From assembly GCA_025963875.1 (NCBI GenBank), contig JAOPZY010000231.1:1-57930 (forward strand): a stretch of DNA of 57,930 nt, written 5' to 3'. Within the stretch, counting starts at the first letter, position 1. Every line of letters begins with the position of its first letter. The notes under the pieces were generated by a model. That model saw only the letters and a list, made by a program, of their open reading frames with translations. It was not told the origin of the DNA and ran no database searches. Of this stretch, positions 18,102-26,775 are shown one piece after another. The position numbers were made by a program, and so were the translations under genes. This DNA comes from Actinomycetota bacterium. Lineage in GTDB: Bacteria; Actinomycetota; CADDZG01; JAHWKV01; JAOPZY01.

Positions 18102-20038
18102 AACAACTCGCGATACCCCCCACCGCCCACCCCCTGGTGTCGGTGGTGATGGTGACCTACGGCGGCAAGCAGTGGGTGGAGCCGGCGGTCGACGCCCTCG
18201 TCGCCAACACCGACGCCCCGTTCGAGCTGATCGTGGTGGACAACGCCTCGAGCGATGGGGTCCAGGACGTGCTCCGCAGCATCGAGGGGGCCAGGCTGTT
18301 CTTCAACGATCGCAACGTCGGCTTTGGCCCGGGGGCCAACCAGGGTGTGCTGCATGCCATCGGGCGGTACGTCTGCATCCTCAACAGCGACGCATTCGTC
18401 GAGCAGGGATGGCTGCCCCCCCTGATCGAGGTCCTGGACACCGATCCCCGGGCAGGCGCCGTGGTCCCGCGCCTGCTGCACCTCGACGGGGTCCTGCAGG
18501 AGGCCGGCGGCGTGGTCGGCAGCGACGGTTCGACACGCGCGCTGGGCGACGGCGACGATCCCGAGGAGCTCCAGTACCGCTTCCGCCGCTACGTGGACTA
18601 CGGGTCTGCGGCGTGCCTGCTGATGCGCCGCTCGGTGTTCCTCCAGATCGGTGGGTTCGATCCGGCGTACCCGCTCGGCTACTGCGAGGACGTCGACCTG
18701 TGCTTCGCCCTGCGGGAGCGGGGGCTCCGGACGGTGTACGAGCCTCGGTCCAGGGTCCGCCACGTGCGGTGGGGCTCCAGCAGCCGGGTGGAGGCGGAGC
18801 GCCGGGTCTTCGCCAACCAGCCGATCCTGCTCGCCCGGTGGCGGGAGCGTCTGGCCGGGCGCCCGTCATTCGCCGATCCCCCCTTCGAGCCCCACGACGT
18901 GCTCCAGGCCCGCGACGCCGACGCCTACGACCGCATCCTGCTCGTCACGGACTCGGCCTGGGGCTGCCCCGGCCCCCCCTCCCCCCGCCTCAGGGCAATG
19001 GCAGCCGCCATTCCCGCCATGTGGCCCGACGCACGCATCACCATGCTGCTCGGCGCCGCCGAGGCGGGCGACGGGTTGACCGGCCCCCTGCTGCGCGCGG
19101 GCATCGAGGTGGCTGCCGAGAAGGAATGGGACGCCTGGTTCGAGGCGCGCCGCTTCCACTACTCAACGGTCGTGGTCCCGGGGGCGGCATGCTTCGAACG
19201 CTTCGACCCCCTGATCGCCGCCACACAACCGCAGGCGGCCCGGGTCCACGACATCGAGCGGCTCGCCTCCCGGTCCACGCCCCACCTGGAGCGCTGGTGG
19301 CCGGGCCTCAACGGCGGCCCTGCCGGCGCCATGGCGCGCCGCCTCCCCTCGCTCGAGGCCTGGGGCATCGAGTCGGCCGACGCGGTGCTCTGCGCGACAC
19401 CCGCGGCCATCGCCTTCGCCAACGCCGTGAGCCCGAGGGTGCCGGCGTTCCTGGCCCCCGGCGCCTCCGAGCCGGCGTCGCCCCCCTTCGCCGAGCGGGA
19501 GGGCCTGGTGATGGTGGGCGACCTCCTGTCCGGCGTCGGCTTCGAGGACGTGGGCGGCAGCGAGCTGCTCGGTCCCCTCCGGAGCATCCTGAGCGAGATC
19601 GCCGCGGTGGCCCCGCAGCTCGGCGAGGGGACAGGGGTCCGCGACGGGGTGGCCTCGGTGAGCAGGCGGGCGCTGCTGAACCTACCCGTCCGCGACGGCA
19701 CAGCGCATCCGGCACGGGTCCACCTGGCGGTGCCGCCGTTCACCGGCGGATCCATTCTGGCGTCCCTCGGCGCCGGCGTCCCCGTCGTGATGTGGCGCGG
19801 GGCCGCCGAGGGCCTGGGACTGCCGCTCGGCGAGCTGGAGACCCTGCTCGTCGCCGACGACCCGGCCGGCTTCGCACGCCGGGTCCTCGACCTGCATCGG
19901 GACCCTGCCCTCTGGCAGTTCGCCCACGAGGGCCTCCTGGCCGCCGCCGCCGGCCGGTTCGACCCCGCTGCGATGAGGCGGGGGCTGTGGTCGGCGCTCG
20001 CCCGCTGCGGCCTGGGCCTCCCAAGTCAGGTGGAGTGA
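18098..20038 (+). CDS. GT2 glycosyltransferase fused to a GT-B/GT4-like C-terminal domain
   Basis: VSVVMVTY, VDNASSD, NVGFGPGANQG, LNSD, LQEAGG, YCEDVDLC. C-terminus has GVPVV..GL..LLVADD. Confidence 0.85.
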   Translation: MKQLAIPPTAHPLVSVVMVTYGGKQWVEPAVDALVANTDAPFELIVVDNASSDGVQDVLRSIEGARLFFNDRNVGFGPGANQGVLHAIGRYVCILNSDAFVEQGWLPPLIEVLDTDPRAGAVVPRLLHLDGVLQEAGGVVGSDGSTRALGDGDDPEELQYRFRRYVDYGSAACLLMRRSVFLQIGGFDPAYPLGYCEDVDLCFALRERGLRTVYEPRSRVRHVRWGSSSRVEAERRVFANQPILLARWRERLAGRPSFADPPFEPHDVLQARDADAYDRILLVTDSAWGCPGPPSPRLRAMAAAIPAMWPDARITMLLGAAEAGDGLTGPLLRAGIEVAAEKEWDAWFEARRFHYSTVVVPGAACFERFDPLIAATQPQAARVHDIERLASRSTPHLERWWPGLNGGPAGAMARRLPSLEAWGIESADAVLCATPAAIAFANAVSPRVPAFLAPGASEPASPPFAEREGLVMVGDLLSGVGFEDVGGSELLGPLRSILSEIAAVAPQLGEGTGVRDGVASVSRRALLNLPVRDGTAHPARVHLAVPPFTGGSILASLGAGVPVVMWRGAAEGLGLPLGELETLLVADDPAGFARRVLDLHRDPALWQFAHEGLLAAAAGRFDPAAMRRGLWSALARCGLGLPSQVE

Positions 20039-20055
20039 GTCGGATCTACAGGAGA

Positions 20056-20101
20056 AGGTTGGGAGCCCAGCGCTCACATACGCGCGATACGCTCCCAACT
20101 T
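20056..20101. repeat. Long interrupted palindrome between convergent genes
   Basis: aggttgggagc ... gctcccaactt. Confidence 0.55.
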
Positions 20102-20128
20102 CGGGCCAGGGGCCTGGCATCAACCTTC

Positions 20129-21130
20129 TCAGCGGTGGCTGCTGGGCTCGTCGAACGACACGTCGATGGCCTCCTCGGGGCGCCGGATGTTCTGGGTGGC
20201 CTGCATGGCCAGGACCCGCCGGTCCGCTGGCGTGAGAGGTGGCTGCACGATCGAGCGGGGCCAGAGCCGCAGGGCATGCACGACGTTGATCTCCGCGGCG
20301 TAGACGGTGATCTCCGACAGCAGGTACACCCAGGCGACCACCCCCAGGACGATGGCGAAGAGCCCGTACACCTCGCTGCCGATCCGCAGGTTGCGGCCGA
20401 TGAGGTAGCCGCCGATCATCTGGAGCACGCTCCAGGCCACGCCACCCACGAGCGCCCCCGGCCAGAGCCGGTGCGTCGGCACCTCCGCAGGCGTGAGAAT
20501 CCGGAACACGGCCAGGAACATGCCGACGTCGAGCACTGTGGACAACAGCAGGCCGCCCACCCGCCAGCCCACGGCATGGTGGCCGAGGGCTCCCAGCCCT
20601 GCCACCGGCGTCGTCACGACCACGCCGATGCCGAGGAAGGCGAGGAACATCAACGACCGGGCCAGCCGCACCCAGTAGTTGGGGCGCTTTGTTCCGGGGA
20701 GGCACCATACCTGCGCCATGGTGAACAGGCCGGCCTGGGCCAGCCCGAAGCATCCCCACAGAAGGGTGACGATGCCCACGCCCAGGGCCACAGGGCTGCT
20801 CCGCTGGAGGCGGTGGACGTTGTGGGCCAGGTCGGGCCCCACGATGGGGATCTGGGCGAACGCCGTGCCCAGGAGCTCCTGGCGCAGCGCGGGCCGGTGG
20901 CCGAGGAACATGCTGGCGAGGGTCACGAGCACGAGCAGGAGCGGGAAGAGCGAGACGAACCCCGCGTGCGCCAGGTTGTTGACGAGCACGCCCGCGTTGT
21001 CGTCCCCGAACTTCTTCACGACGCCGAAGGCGAAGGCCGTGGAGGGATGGCGCTGCTGGAATGCATCGACGCGGCGCACGAAGCCTTCCAGGAGGTTGCC
21101 CGAAGGGTCCACGCCCACTGCCGTGCTCAT
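20129..21130 (-). CDS. YihY/virulence factor BrkB family membrane protein
   Basis: VKKFGDD.AG, FVSLFPLLL, WPGALVG, YGLFAIVLG..W.Y....AAEIN. Confidence 0.9.
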   Translation of the reverse strand: MSTAVGVDPSGNLLEGFVRRVDAFQQRHPSTAFAFGVVKKFGDDNAGVLVNNLAHAGFVSLFPLLLVLVTLASMFLGHRPALRQELLGTAFAQIPIVGPDLAHNVHRLQRSSPVALGVGIVTLLWGCFGLAQAGLFTMAQVWCLPGTKRPNYWVRLARSLMFLAFLGIGVVVTTPVAGLGALGHHAVGWRVGGLLLSTVLDVGMFLAVFRILTPAEVPTHRLWPGALVGGVAWSVLQMIGGYLIGRNLRIGSEVYGLFAIVLGVVAWVYLLSEITVYAAEINVVHALRLWPRSIVQPPLTPADRRVLAMQATQNIRRPEEAIDVSFDEPSSHR

Positions 21131-21240
21131 GGCAGCACTATTCCCCGAATCTGCCAGGTTTCACTCGTTCCAGACGCGGCGCGTTTGTGGGAGAAGACTC
21201 GCTTGTCCGAGGGTGCCGCCGCCGCGGGACACGGGTCCAG

Positions 21241-21246
21241 TAGAAT
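21241..21246 (+). promoter_or_regulatory. -10 element TAGAAT of a probable leaderless transcript
   Basis: TAGAAT lies 6 nt before GTG 21253, with no Shine-Dalgarno sequence. Confidence 0.55.
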
Positions 21247-21252
21247 CACCCG

Positions 21253-22188
21253 GTGCCGAAGGCCACGCCACGTTCACGACTCGGGCGAAAGCTCCAGGAC
21301 TCGTTCCTTCCGGTGCGCCGGATGTTGTCGCGGGCGGTCCTCGTCTACGAGGAGCGCCACTTCCGGGACGTCGCCGTCGAGGGCGTCTACAGCGCCCTGG
21401 CGGCAGAAGCCAGGAAGCTGCGCATCGAGCTCAAGTCCCTCGAGGAGCGCGCCATCATCCGCTTGGACATCCTGATGGAGGAGCTGTGGCGCCGGATGGA
21501 GGGCGTGGGAGCCCGGCAGGCCACCGAGATCCAGCGGCTGTCCGCCCGCCTGGACGACCTGCAGGCGCAGAGCGCCGGGCGGGTCCCGGAGTTCCAGCGC
21601 CTCGCGGCGCAGATGGCGGAGGCCCAGGCGATGGCGGCGGAGGTGGCGGCAATCCGGCTCTCCGGTGGCAGCGCCGCACCCGACCCCACCGCGCGGTGGG
21701 AGGCGTACGTGAAGGAGCTCCAGGGCTTCGAACCGGTAGCCGACCTGACGGCGGCCGGCGGCTTCCTCGAGGTGGCAAGCACCGCCGGTCTGGCCGCCTA
21801 CGTCGTGGACGGCGATCCGGTGCAGCACCTGCGCAGCGTCGCAGACGGAACGCTCGGCGGCGCCTTCTGCGGCGAGGTGCCCGAGCAGAGGGTCGCGGAC
21901 CTCATGGCCGAGCTTTCCCGGGCGCTGCGGCCCGGTGGGGTCGCCATCTTCGAGACCAGCGACGCCGTCCCGCCGGCCCTCTCCGTCGCGGCACGCGCCG
22001 CGGGGCTGGACATCGAGGACAACGGGTCGTCGCTGCCGCTCGACGGCCGCCTGGGGGGCGTGTCGGAGGAACTGTCCGACCCGGCACTGCGGGAGATCGC
22101 CCTCGGCATCAACGGACTGGTCGGCCGCCTCAACGATGTCCTCCACGGCCCTCAAGAGCACGGACTCGTGGCCCGGCGGCCCGGATGA
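21253..22188 (+). CDS. Coiled-coil protein with a degenerate methyltransferase-like C-terminal domain
   Basis: N-terminal heptad helices. HLRSVADGTLGGAF and ALRPGGVAIFET resemble class I methyltransferase motifs, but no glycine-rich motif I is visible. Confidence 0.55.
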   Translation: MPKATPRSRLGRKLQDSFLPVRRMLSRAVLVYEERHFRDVAVEGVYSALAAEARKLRIELKSLEERAIIRLDILMEELWRRMEGVGARQATEIQRLSARLDDLQAQSAGRVPEFQRLAAQMAEAQAMAAEVAAIRLSGGSAAPDPTARWEAYVKELQGFEPVADLTAAGGFLEVASTAGLAAYVVDGDPVQHLRSVADGTLGGAFCGEVPEQRVADLMAELSRALRPGGVAIFETSDAVPPALSVAARAAGLDIEDNGSSLPLDGRLGGVSEELSDPALREIALGINGLVGRLNDVLHGPQEHGLVARRPG

Positions 22189-22213
22189 TACGGCGCCTTG
22201 AGGGGCGCCAGGG

Positions 22214-24022
22214 TTGACCCTTCACGTCGGCCTGGCGACGACCCTGCCGCCGGCGCCGACGGGACCTGCGGAGTTTGTCGCCGGCGCACTCCCCGAGCTG
22301 GCCCGGGCGGCACGGATCACCTGCTTCGTGGACAACCCCGCCCTTGTCGAGCCGGCACTGAAGGATCGCTTCGCCATCCGGCCGCTGGACGAGCGCACCG
22401 ACCCCGACGTCGACATCGTCGTCTACCACATTGCCAACAACCTGGCCCAGCTCTCCATCTATCAGGCCGCCATGAAGGGTCCGCCGGGGCTGCTGGAGAT
22501 CCACGACGGGTCGCTGCACCACACCCTCGCCGATCTGACCCTGGGAGCGGACGACGCCGAGGCGTACCAGGACCTGCTGCGCCAGGAGCACGGCGCAGCG
22601 GGGGACCGCCTCGCAGACCTGCACATCCACGGCCACCGGGGCAGCATCGAGCTGTTCATGTTCGACCTGCTGAAAGGCGTCCTCGACCGCCACCTCGGCG
22701 CAGTGGTCCACAACCGCTACGCCGCCGACCTCATCGCTCTCCGGGCGCCCGCCCTGCCGACGTGGGTCGTCCCGCTGTCCGCTCCGGTCCCGGCGCCAGC
22801 CGCCTCCCGGGAGGCGCTGGGCCTGCCGGGCGACACCCTCGTGATCGCCCACTTCGGGTTTGTGACCCAGCCAAAGCGCCCGTTCCTGTTGCTGGAGGCC
22901 TTCGCCCGCCTCCGGGCATCGGGCCGGCGCTGCCACCTGCTCTTCGCCGGACAGGACGACACATCCGGGCGACTCGCGACCGAGATCCAACGGCTGGGGC
23001 TCGCCGGCGAGGTGACGATCACCGGCTACCTGGAACGCCAGCAGATGGATGCGCTCATCAGCTCCGTCGACATCGTCGTCAGCCTGCGGTTCCCCCACGT
23101 CGGCGAGACCTCCGCAACCCTGGGGGCGGCGCTGGCCGCCGGACGCCCCGTCGTGGTCCAGGAGACGGGGAGCTGGGCGGAGCTGCCGGAGCATGCCGTG
23201 TTGCGGGTGCCCGCCGGCGGCGATGAGACAGCTGCCCTGACCGCGGCCCTCGACCGGCTGGCCTCGAACCCCCTCGAGCGCTCCCGGTTCGGCGAGGCCG
23301 CCCGTGCCTATGCCGCGGACTCCCTGGGGGCGGGGCGGTACGCGCAGAGCATCGTCGACGCGGCACGGGCGGTCGCGGTGTCGTCGCGGGTGCCTCCGTC
23401 GGCCCGGCTCGAGCACCGCCGGGCGGACGTTGCCGCCTTCCTGGCCAAGGCAACCGAGCGGCTCACCACGGGGACGTTCCTCATGGGGGCGCCGGCGCCG
23501 GTTGCGGCACTCCGCGCCCTGCCTCCGGCCCGGCCGGGAGCAAGGCTGCTCGACATGGGGGGATCACCCGCGTTCCTTCGGATGCTGGAGTGCGTCTGGG
23601 GCTACGAGGTCCGTGGATGCCTGCCGGCCGGCATGCCCTCGCCCGGTCGGCGGCTGAGCGGCCACGTGGACCTGGCGGACCCGGCGACGGGGGCGCTCCC
23701 CTACGAATGCGCCGCCTTCGACGTGGTGACGCACTGGGGCGGCCCCGCCGTCGATCTGGCAGAGGTCAACCGTGTACTCCGGCCGGAGGGGCTGCTCGTC
23801 CTCACATCCCGGTCGAGTTCCCATTCGAGCCAGCAGTGGGACCAGCGGGCGCTGCGACGAAGCCTGGAGGAAGCCGGCATGTCCACCGAGGCGGTGTCGG
23901 AGGCCGGCGATGCTCTGACCCTGGCAGTGGCGCGAAAGGTGGGCCTTCCCCACCCGGCCAGAGTTGGCGGCCGTCAGGCGATGCGGGAGGTTGTCGTCAC
24001 CCTTCGTTCGCTGCGGGCCTGA
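22214..24022 (+). CDS. GT4 glycosyltransferase with C-terminal methyltransferase-like domain
   Basis: VYHIANN, HFGFVTQPKR, SLRFPHVGETSA, then LPYECAAFDVV..EVNRVLRPEG. Confidence 0.8.
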   Translation: MTLHVGLATTLPPAPTGPAEFVAGALPELARAARITCFVDNPALVEPALKDRFAIRPLDERTDPDVDIVVYHIANNLAQLSIYQAAMKGPPGLLEIHDGSLHHTLADLTLGADDAEAYQDLLRQEHGAAGDRLADLHIHGHRGSIELFMFDLLKGVLDRHLGAVVHNRYAADLIALRAPALPTWVVPLSAPVPAPAASREALGLPGDTLVIAHFGFVTQPKRPFLLLEAFARLRASGRRCHLLFAGQDDTSGRLATEIQRLGLAGEVTITGYLERQQMDALISSVDIVVSLRFPHVGETSATLGAALAAGRPVVVQETGSWAELPEHAVLRVPAGGDETAALTAALDRLASNPLERSRFGEAARAYAADSLGAGRYAQSIVDAARAVAVSSRVPPSARLEHRRADVAAFLAKATERLTTGTFLMGAPAPVAALRALPPARPGARLLDMGGSPAFLRMLECVWGYEVRGCLPAGMPSPGRRLSGHVDLADPATGALPYECAAFDVVTHWGGPAVDLAEVNRVLRPEGLLVLTSRSSSHSSQQWDQRALRRSLEEAGMSTEAVSEAGDALTLAVARKVGLPHPARVGGRQAMREVVVTLRSLRA

Positions 24023-24357
24023 TCCGACCGGCAGAACCGTGCAGCGGGCCAGGCCTCGAGGCGGGGTTCGCCAATAGGTTGCCCGCACGCCTCGCAGATC
24101 CCATACATTCCGGCATCAAGGCGCTCCAGGGCCCGCTCGACATCAGCGATCTTGGCCTCCATGCCGATGAGGATGGAAAGGTCCTTGGCCCGCTCGAACG
24201 TCTCTGAGGCCATGTCCGCGGGGTGCTGGTCGTAGTCCCCCTGCTCCGAGGAGGCCTCCACGTTCGACTCCCCGTTGGGCACCGAGAGCGTGCCGGTCAA
24301 CTCGGCCAGGCGCCGGCGCTCAGCCTCCAGTCGCTTGCGAATCTCTGCGGTCTCCAC
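23974..24357 (-). CDS. TraR/DksA family zinc-finger protein
   Basis: QHPADMASETFER, ALERLDAGMYGICEACGQPI...RLEA.P.ARFC. Confidence 0.9.
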   Translation of the reverse strand: METAEIRKRLEAERRRLAELTGTLSVPNGESNVEASSEQGDYDQHPADMASETFERAKDLSILIGMEAKIADVERALERLDAGMYGICEACGQPIGEPRLEAWPAARFCRSDQARSERRVTTTSRIA

Positions 24358-24489
24358 CTGACCACCCCTCTCACTCGAGCGCAAGCCCATTTGGAACGCC
24401 AGCATTCCCCGATGGCGACGGACAACACATCCTCCCGGGAAGGTGGTCGTGAGCGACGGCCATGATCCACGGCAGGTAGGCTGGAATCC

Positions 24490-25317
24490 ATGGTCACCCC
24501 CCTGACCCTCATGGCGGTCCACGCCCACCCCGACGACGAAGCCATCAGCACGGGCGGCGTCCTCGCCCGGGCTGCTGCCGAGGGTATCCGCACGGTGGTC
24601 GTCACCTGCACCAACGGTGAGCTCGGCGATGGTCCCGGCGGAGTGAAGCCGGGCGAGGAGGGCCACGACGAGGCCGCGGTCGTCGCCACCCGGCGAGCCG
24701 AGCTCGAGAAGGCCTGCAAGGAGCTCGGCGTCGACCACCTCGAGATGCTGGGCTACCACGACTCCGGGATGGTCGACTGGTCCTACAAGGATCAGCCCAA
24801 TGTCTTCTCGCAGGTACCGGTGGACGAGGCTGCCGGCCGGTTGAGCGAGCTGTTCGATCGGTACCGCCCCGCTGTGGTCATCTCCTACGAGGAGGATGCC
24901 GCCTACGACCACCCCGACCACGTGCAGACCGCCCGGGTGACCCTCGCCGCGATGGCGGCCACCCCAATCCCGAGGAAGCTCTACCAGGCGGCGATGAGCA
25001 TGCAGCACTGGGAGCGGGTGTTGGCGGCACTGAAGGAAGCGGGCATCGAGATGCCGTTCCCCGATCCGGACCCCGAGTTCATCGAGCGGATGGCACAGAC
25101 ACAGGAACGCATCACCACGACGGTGGACGTCAGCCGGTTCATCGACCGCAAGCGGGCAGCGGTGTCGGCCCATGCCAGCCAGATGGACGAGACATTCTTC
25201 ACGGGCATGCCTGCGGACACCTTCGAGCTCGCCTTCGGGCAGGAGCACTTCATCCGGGCCTACGACACCACGAAGGCCCCACTTCCGGAGGACGACCTGT
25301 TCGCAGGTCTTCGCTGA
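24490..25317 (+). CDS. PIG-L/LmbE family deacetylase (MshB/Mca-like)
   Basis: VHAHPDDE, TCTNGE, LGYHDSGM, HPDH, AHASQ. TAGGCT lies 7 nt before the ATG (leaderless). Confidence 0.9.
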   Translation: MVTPLTLMAVHAHPDDEAISTGGVLARAAAEGIRTVVVTCTNGELGDGPGGVKPGEEGHDEAAVVATRRAELEKACKELGVDHLEMLGYHDSGMVDWSYKDQPNVFSQVPVDEAAGRLSELFDRYRPAVVISYEEDAAYDHPDHVQTARVTLAAMAATPIPRKLYQAAMSMQHWERVLAALKEAGIEMPFPDPDPEFIERMAQTQERITTTVDVSRFIDRKRAAVSAHASQMDETFFTGMPADTFELAFGQEHFIRAYDTTKAPLPEDDLFAGLR

Positions 25318-25347
25318 CGCCCTGGGTAGACAACGGGAGGAACCACA

Positions 25348-25851
25348 ATGCGGGATGTCCTCAAGCTCTTCGCACGCCTCGTCCTCGGGGCCTACATGGT
25401 GGTCCATGGTTCCCAGAAGCTCTTCGGAGCGTTCGGTGGCCCGGGCCTCGACGCGGCGGGCGCCGGCTTCGAGGCCATGGGCCTGAAGCCCGGCAAGCAC
25501 ATGGCGACGGTCGCCGCTGCCACGGAGTTGGGGGGCGGCGTCCTCACCGCCACGGGCCTTGCCGATCCCCTCGGGCCGATGATGATCATGGGGTCCATGA
25601 CCGTCGCAGCTGTCGCCCACCGCTCCAAGGGGCCCATGGCCGCCAAAGGTGGATTCGAGCTTCCGCTCACCAACCTCGCCCTTGCAGCCCTGGCCGCGGC
25701 CGACGGTCCGGGGAGGTTTGCGATCAACCGGCCGCTCCCGAAGAAGCTCACCGTCGTCGCCGCTGCCGGTGGTGCCGCTCTCGCCGGAGTCTCCGTGGCA
25801 ATGCTGCTGAAGCCCCCCGCCCCCGCCGCGGCCGAGGCCCCGGAGGCCTAA
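25348..25851 (+). CDS. DoxX family membrane protein
   Basis: HGSQKLFG.FGG.GL, ELGGG, GGFELP. Confidence 0.9.
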   Translation: MRDVLKLFARLVLGAYMVVHGSQKLFGAFGGPGLDAAGAGFEAMGLKPGKHMATVAAATELGGGVLTATGLADPLGPMMIMGSMTVAAVAHRSKGPMAAKGGFELPLTNLALAALAAADGPGRFAINRPLPKKLTVVAAAGGAALAGVSVAMLLKPPAPAAAEAPEA

Positions 25852-26060
25852 GGCGGCTTATTCCCGGACATTAGCGACAGATTTCCGCACCTTAGGTCGT
25901 CTTTTTCTTCCTCGTTTCGGAGCCTTTGGGTGATTGGGAGCTGAACTACATCCGCTTGATCCATTAGGAACCCCTCATGTAGTCCATTCGGGCTATATAT
26001 CTGCTCAAGCTTTACTTAGCCACCGTCGACGTAATGCCAAGCAGCGGCAAGGGGATCGCT

Positions 26061-26142
26061 GTTTTGGGGGACTTCGATCCGCAGCGCCATATCTGGTCGC
26101 CTGGGCCTGCGGGGAGTCAGTGGCGAAACCGAACCCAGAAAA
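26061..26142 (+). ncRNA. c-di-GMP-II riboswitch candidate
   Basis: Outer stem ttttggg/cccagaa, then gacttc/ggagtc and ccgcag/ctgcgg. Loop ggtcgcc can pair with downstream ggcga-aacc (pseudoknot). The 3' GAGTCAGTGGCGAAACCG parallels the class II GAGUUAGUAGUGCAACCG pattern. It lies about 55 nt upstream of a start codon. Confidence 0.8.
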
Positions 26143-26196
26143 TCACTTGGCATGGCCTGTTCAAACGCGGGCCATGACCTGAAAGGAGTCGGCAGA

Positions 26197-26682
26197 ATGA
26201 GGCGTTTGTTCACCACGAAGCGGGGCGTTGCAGTTGCCGCGACCGTCGCTACCATGCTTGCGGCCAGCATCGGGGCCTACGCGTACTTCAGCACCACCGG
26301 CGCAGGGTCGGGCAGCGGCACCGTTGGTTCCAGCACGGCCCTGGCCATCAACCAGGCGACAATCTCCTACAGCAGCCCCGAGAACGCACTCATGCCGGGC
26401 ACGTCCGCGACGGTGACCTTCACGGTCGACAACCCCTCCACCGGTCACCAGCAGCTCGGGACCATCTCGGTCTCCAGCATCAGCACCGATCCCGCGCACC
26501 TCGGCTGTGACAGCGCGGCGAACCCGACGTGGTTCTCGACCACCACCGACGCCGTCGGCCACGACTACGCCCCCGGCCTCGGCCAGGCCGTGACCGGAAG
26601 CATCACGATCACGTTCAATGACCTCAACGTGAGCCAGGACGTCTGCAAGGGAGCACCGCTGACGTTCCACTACGCCGCCTAA
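26197..26682 (+). CDS. Secreted small beta-rich protein, putative major fibre subunit (TasA/CalY-like signal ending AYAYF)
   Basis: Strong RBS gaaaggag. Signal peptide followed by AYAYFSTTGAGSGSGTVG, L.PG motif, Cys pair, C-terminal NVSQDVCKGAPLTFHY. Confidence 0.75.
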   Translation: MRRLFTTKRGVAVAATVATMLAASIGAYAYFSTTGAGSGSGTVGSSTALAINQATISYSSPENALMPGTSATVTFTVDNPSTGHQQLGTISVSSISTDPAHLGCDSAANPTWFSTTTDAVGHDYAPGLGQAVTGSITITFNDLNVSQDVCKGAPLTFHYAA

Positions 26683-26690
26683 TTACGGTT

Positions 26691-26731
26691 GCCTTGGGAG
26701 GGGCGGGATCATCCCGCCCCTCCGGGGCTTT
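26691..26731 (+). terminator. Strong GC hairpin plus ttt after the first gene of the secreted-protein operon
   Basis: gccttgggaggggcggga-tca-tcccgcccctccggggc-ttt. Confidence 0.7.
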
Positions 26732-26775
26732 CTGGACTCAACGTCGAGCACTCTTCACCGGCACCGGAGGACGCA

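Noticed and set aside
24490..25317. Deacetylase as LmbE or specifically mshB/mca
   Set aside because: Only family motifs are visible and the gene is separated from the sugar genes, so the subfamily cannot be assigned by eye.
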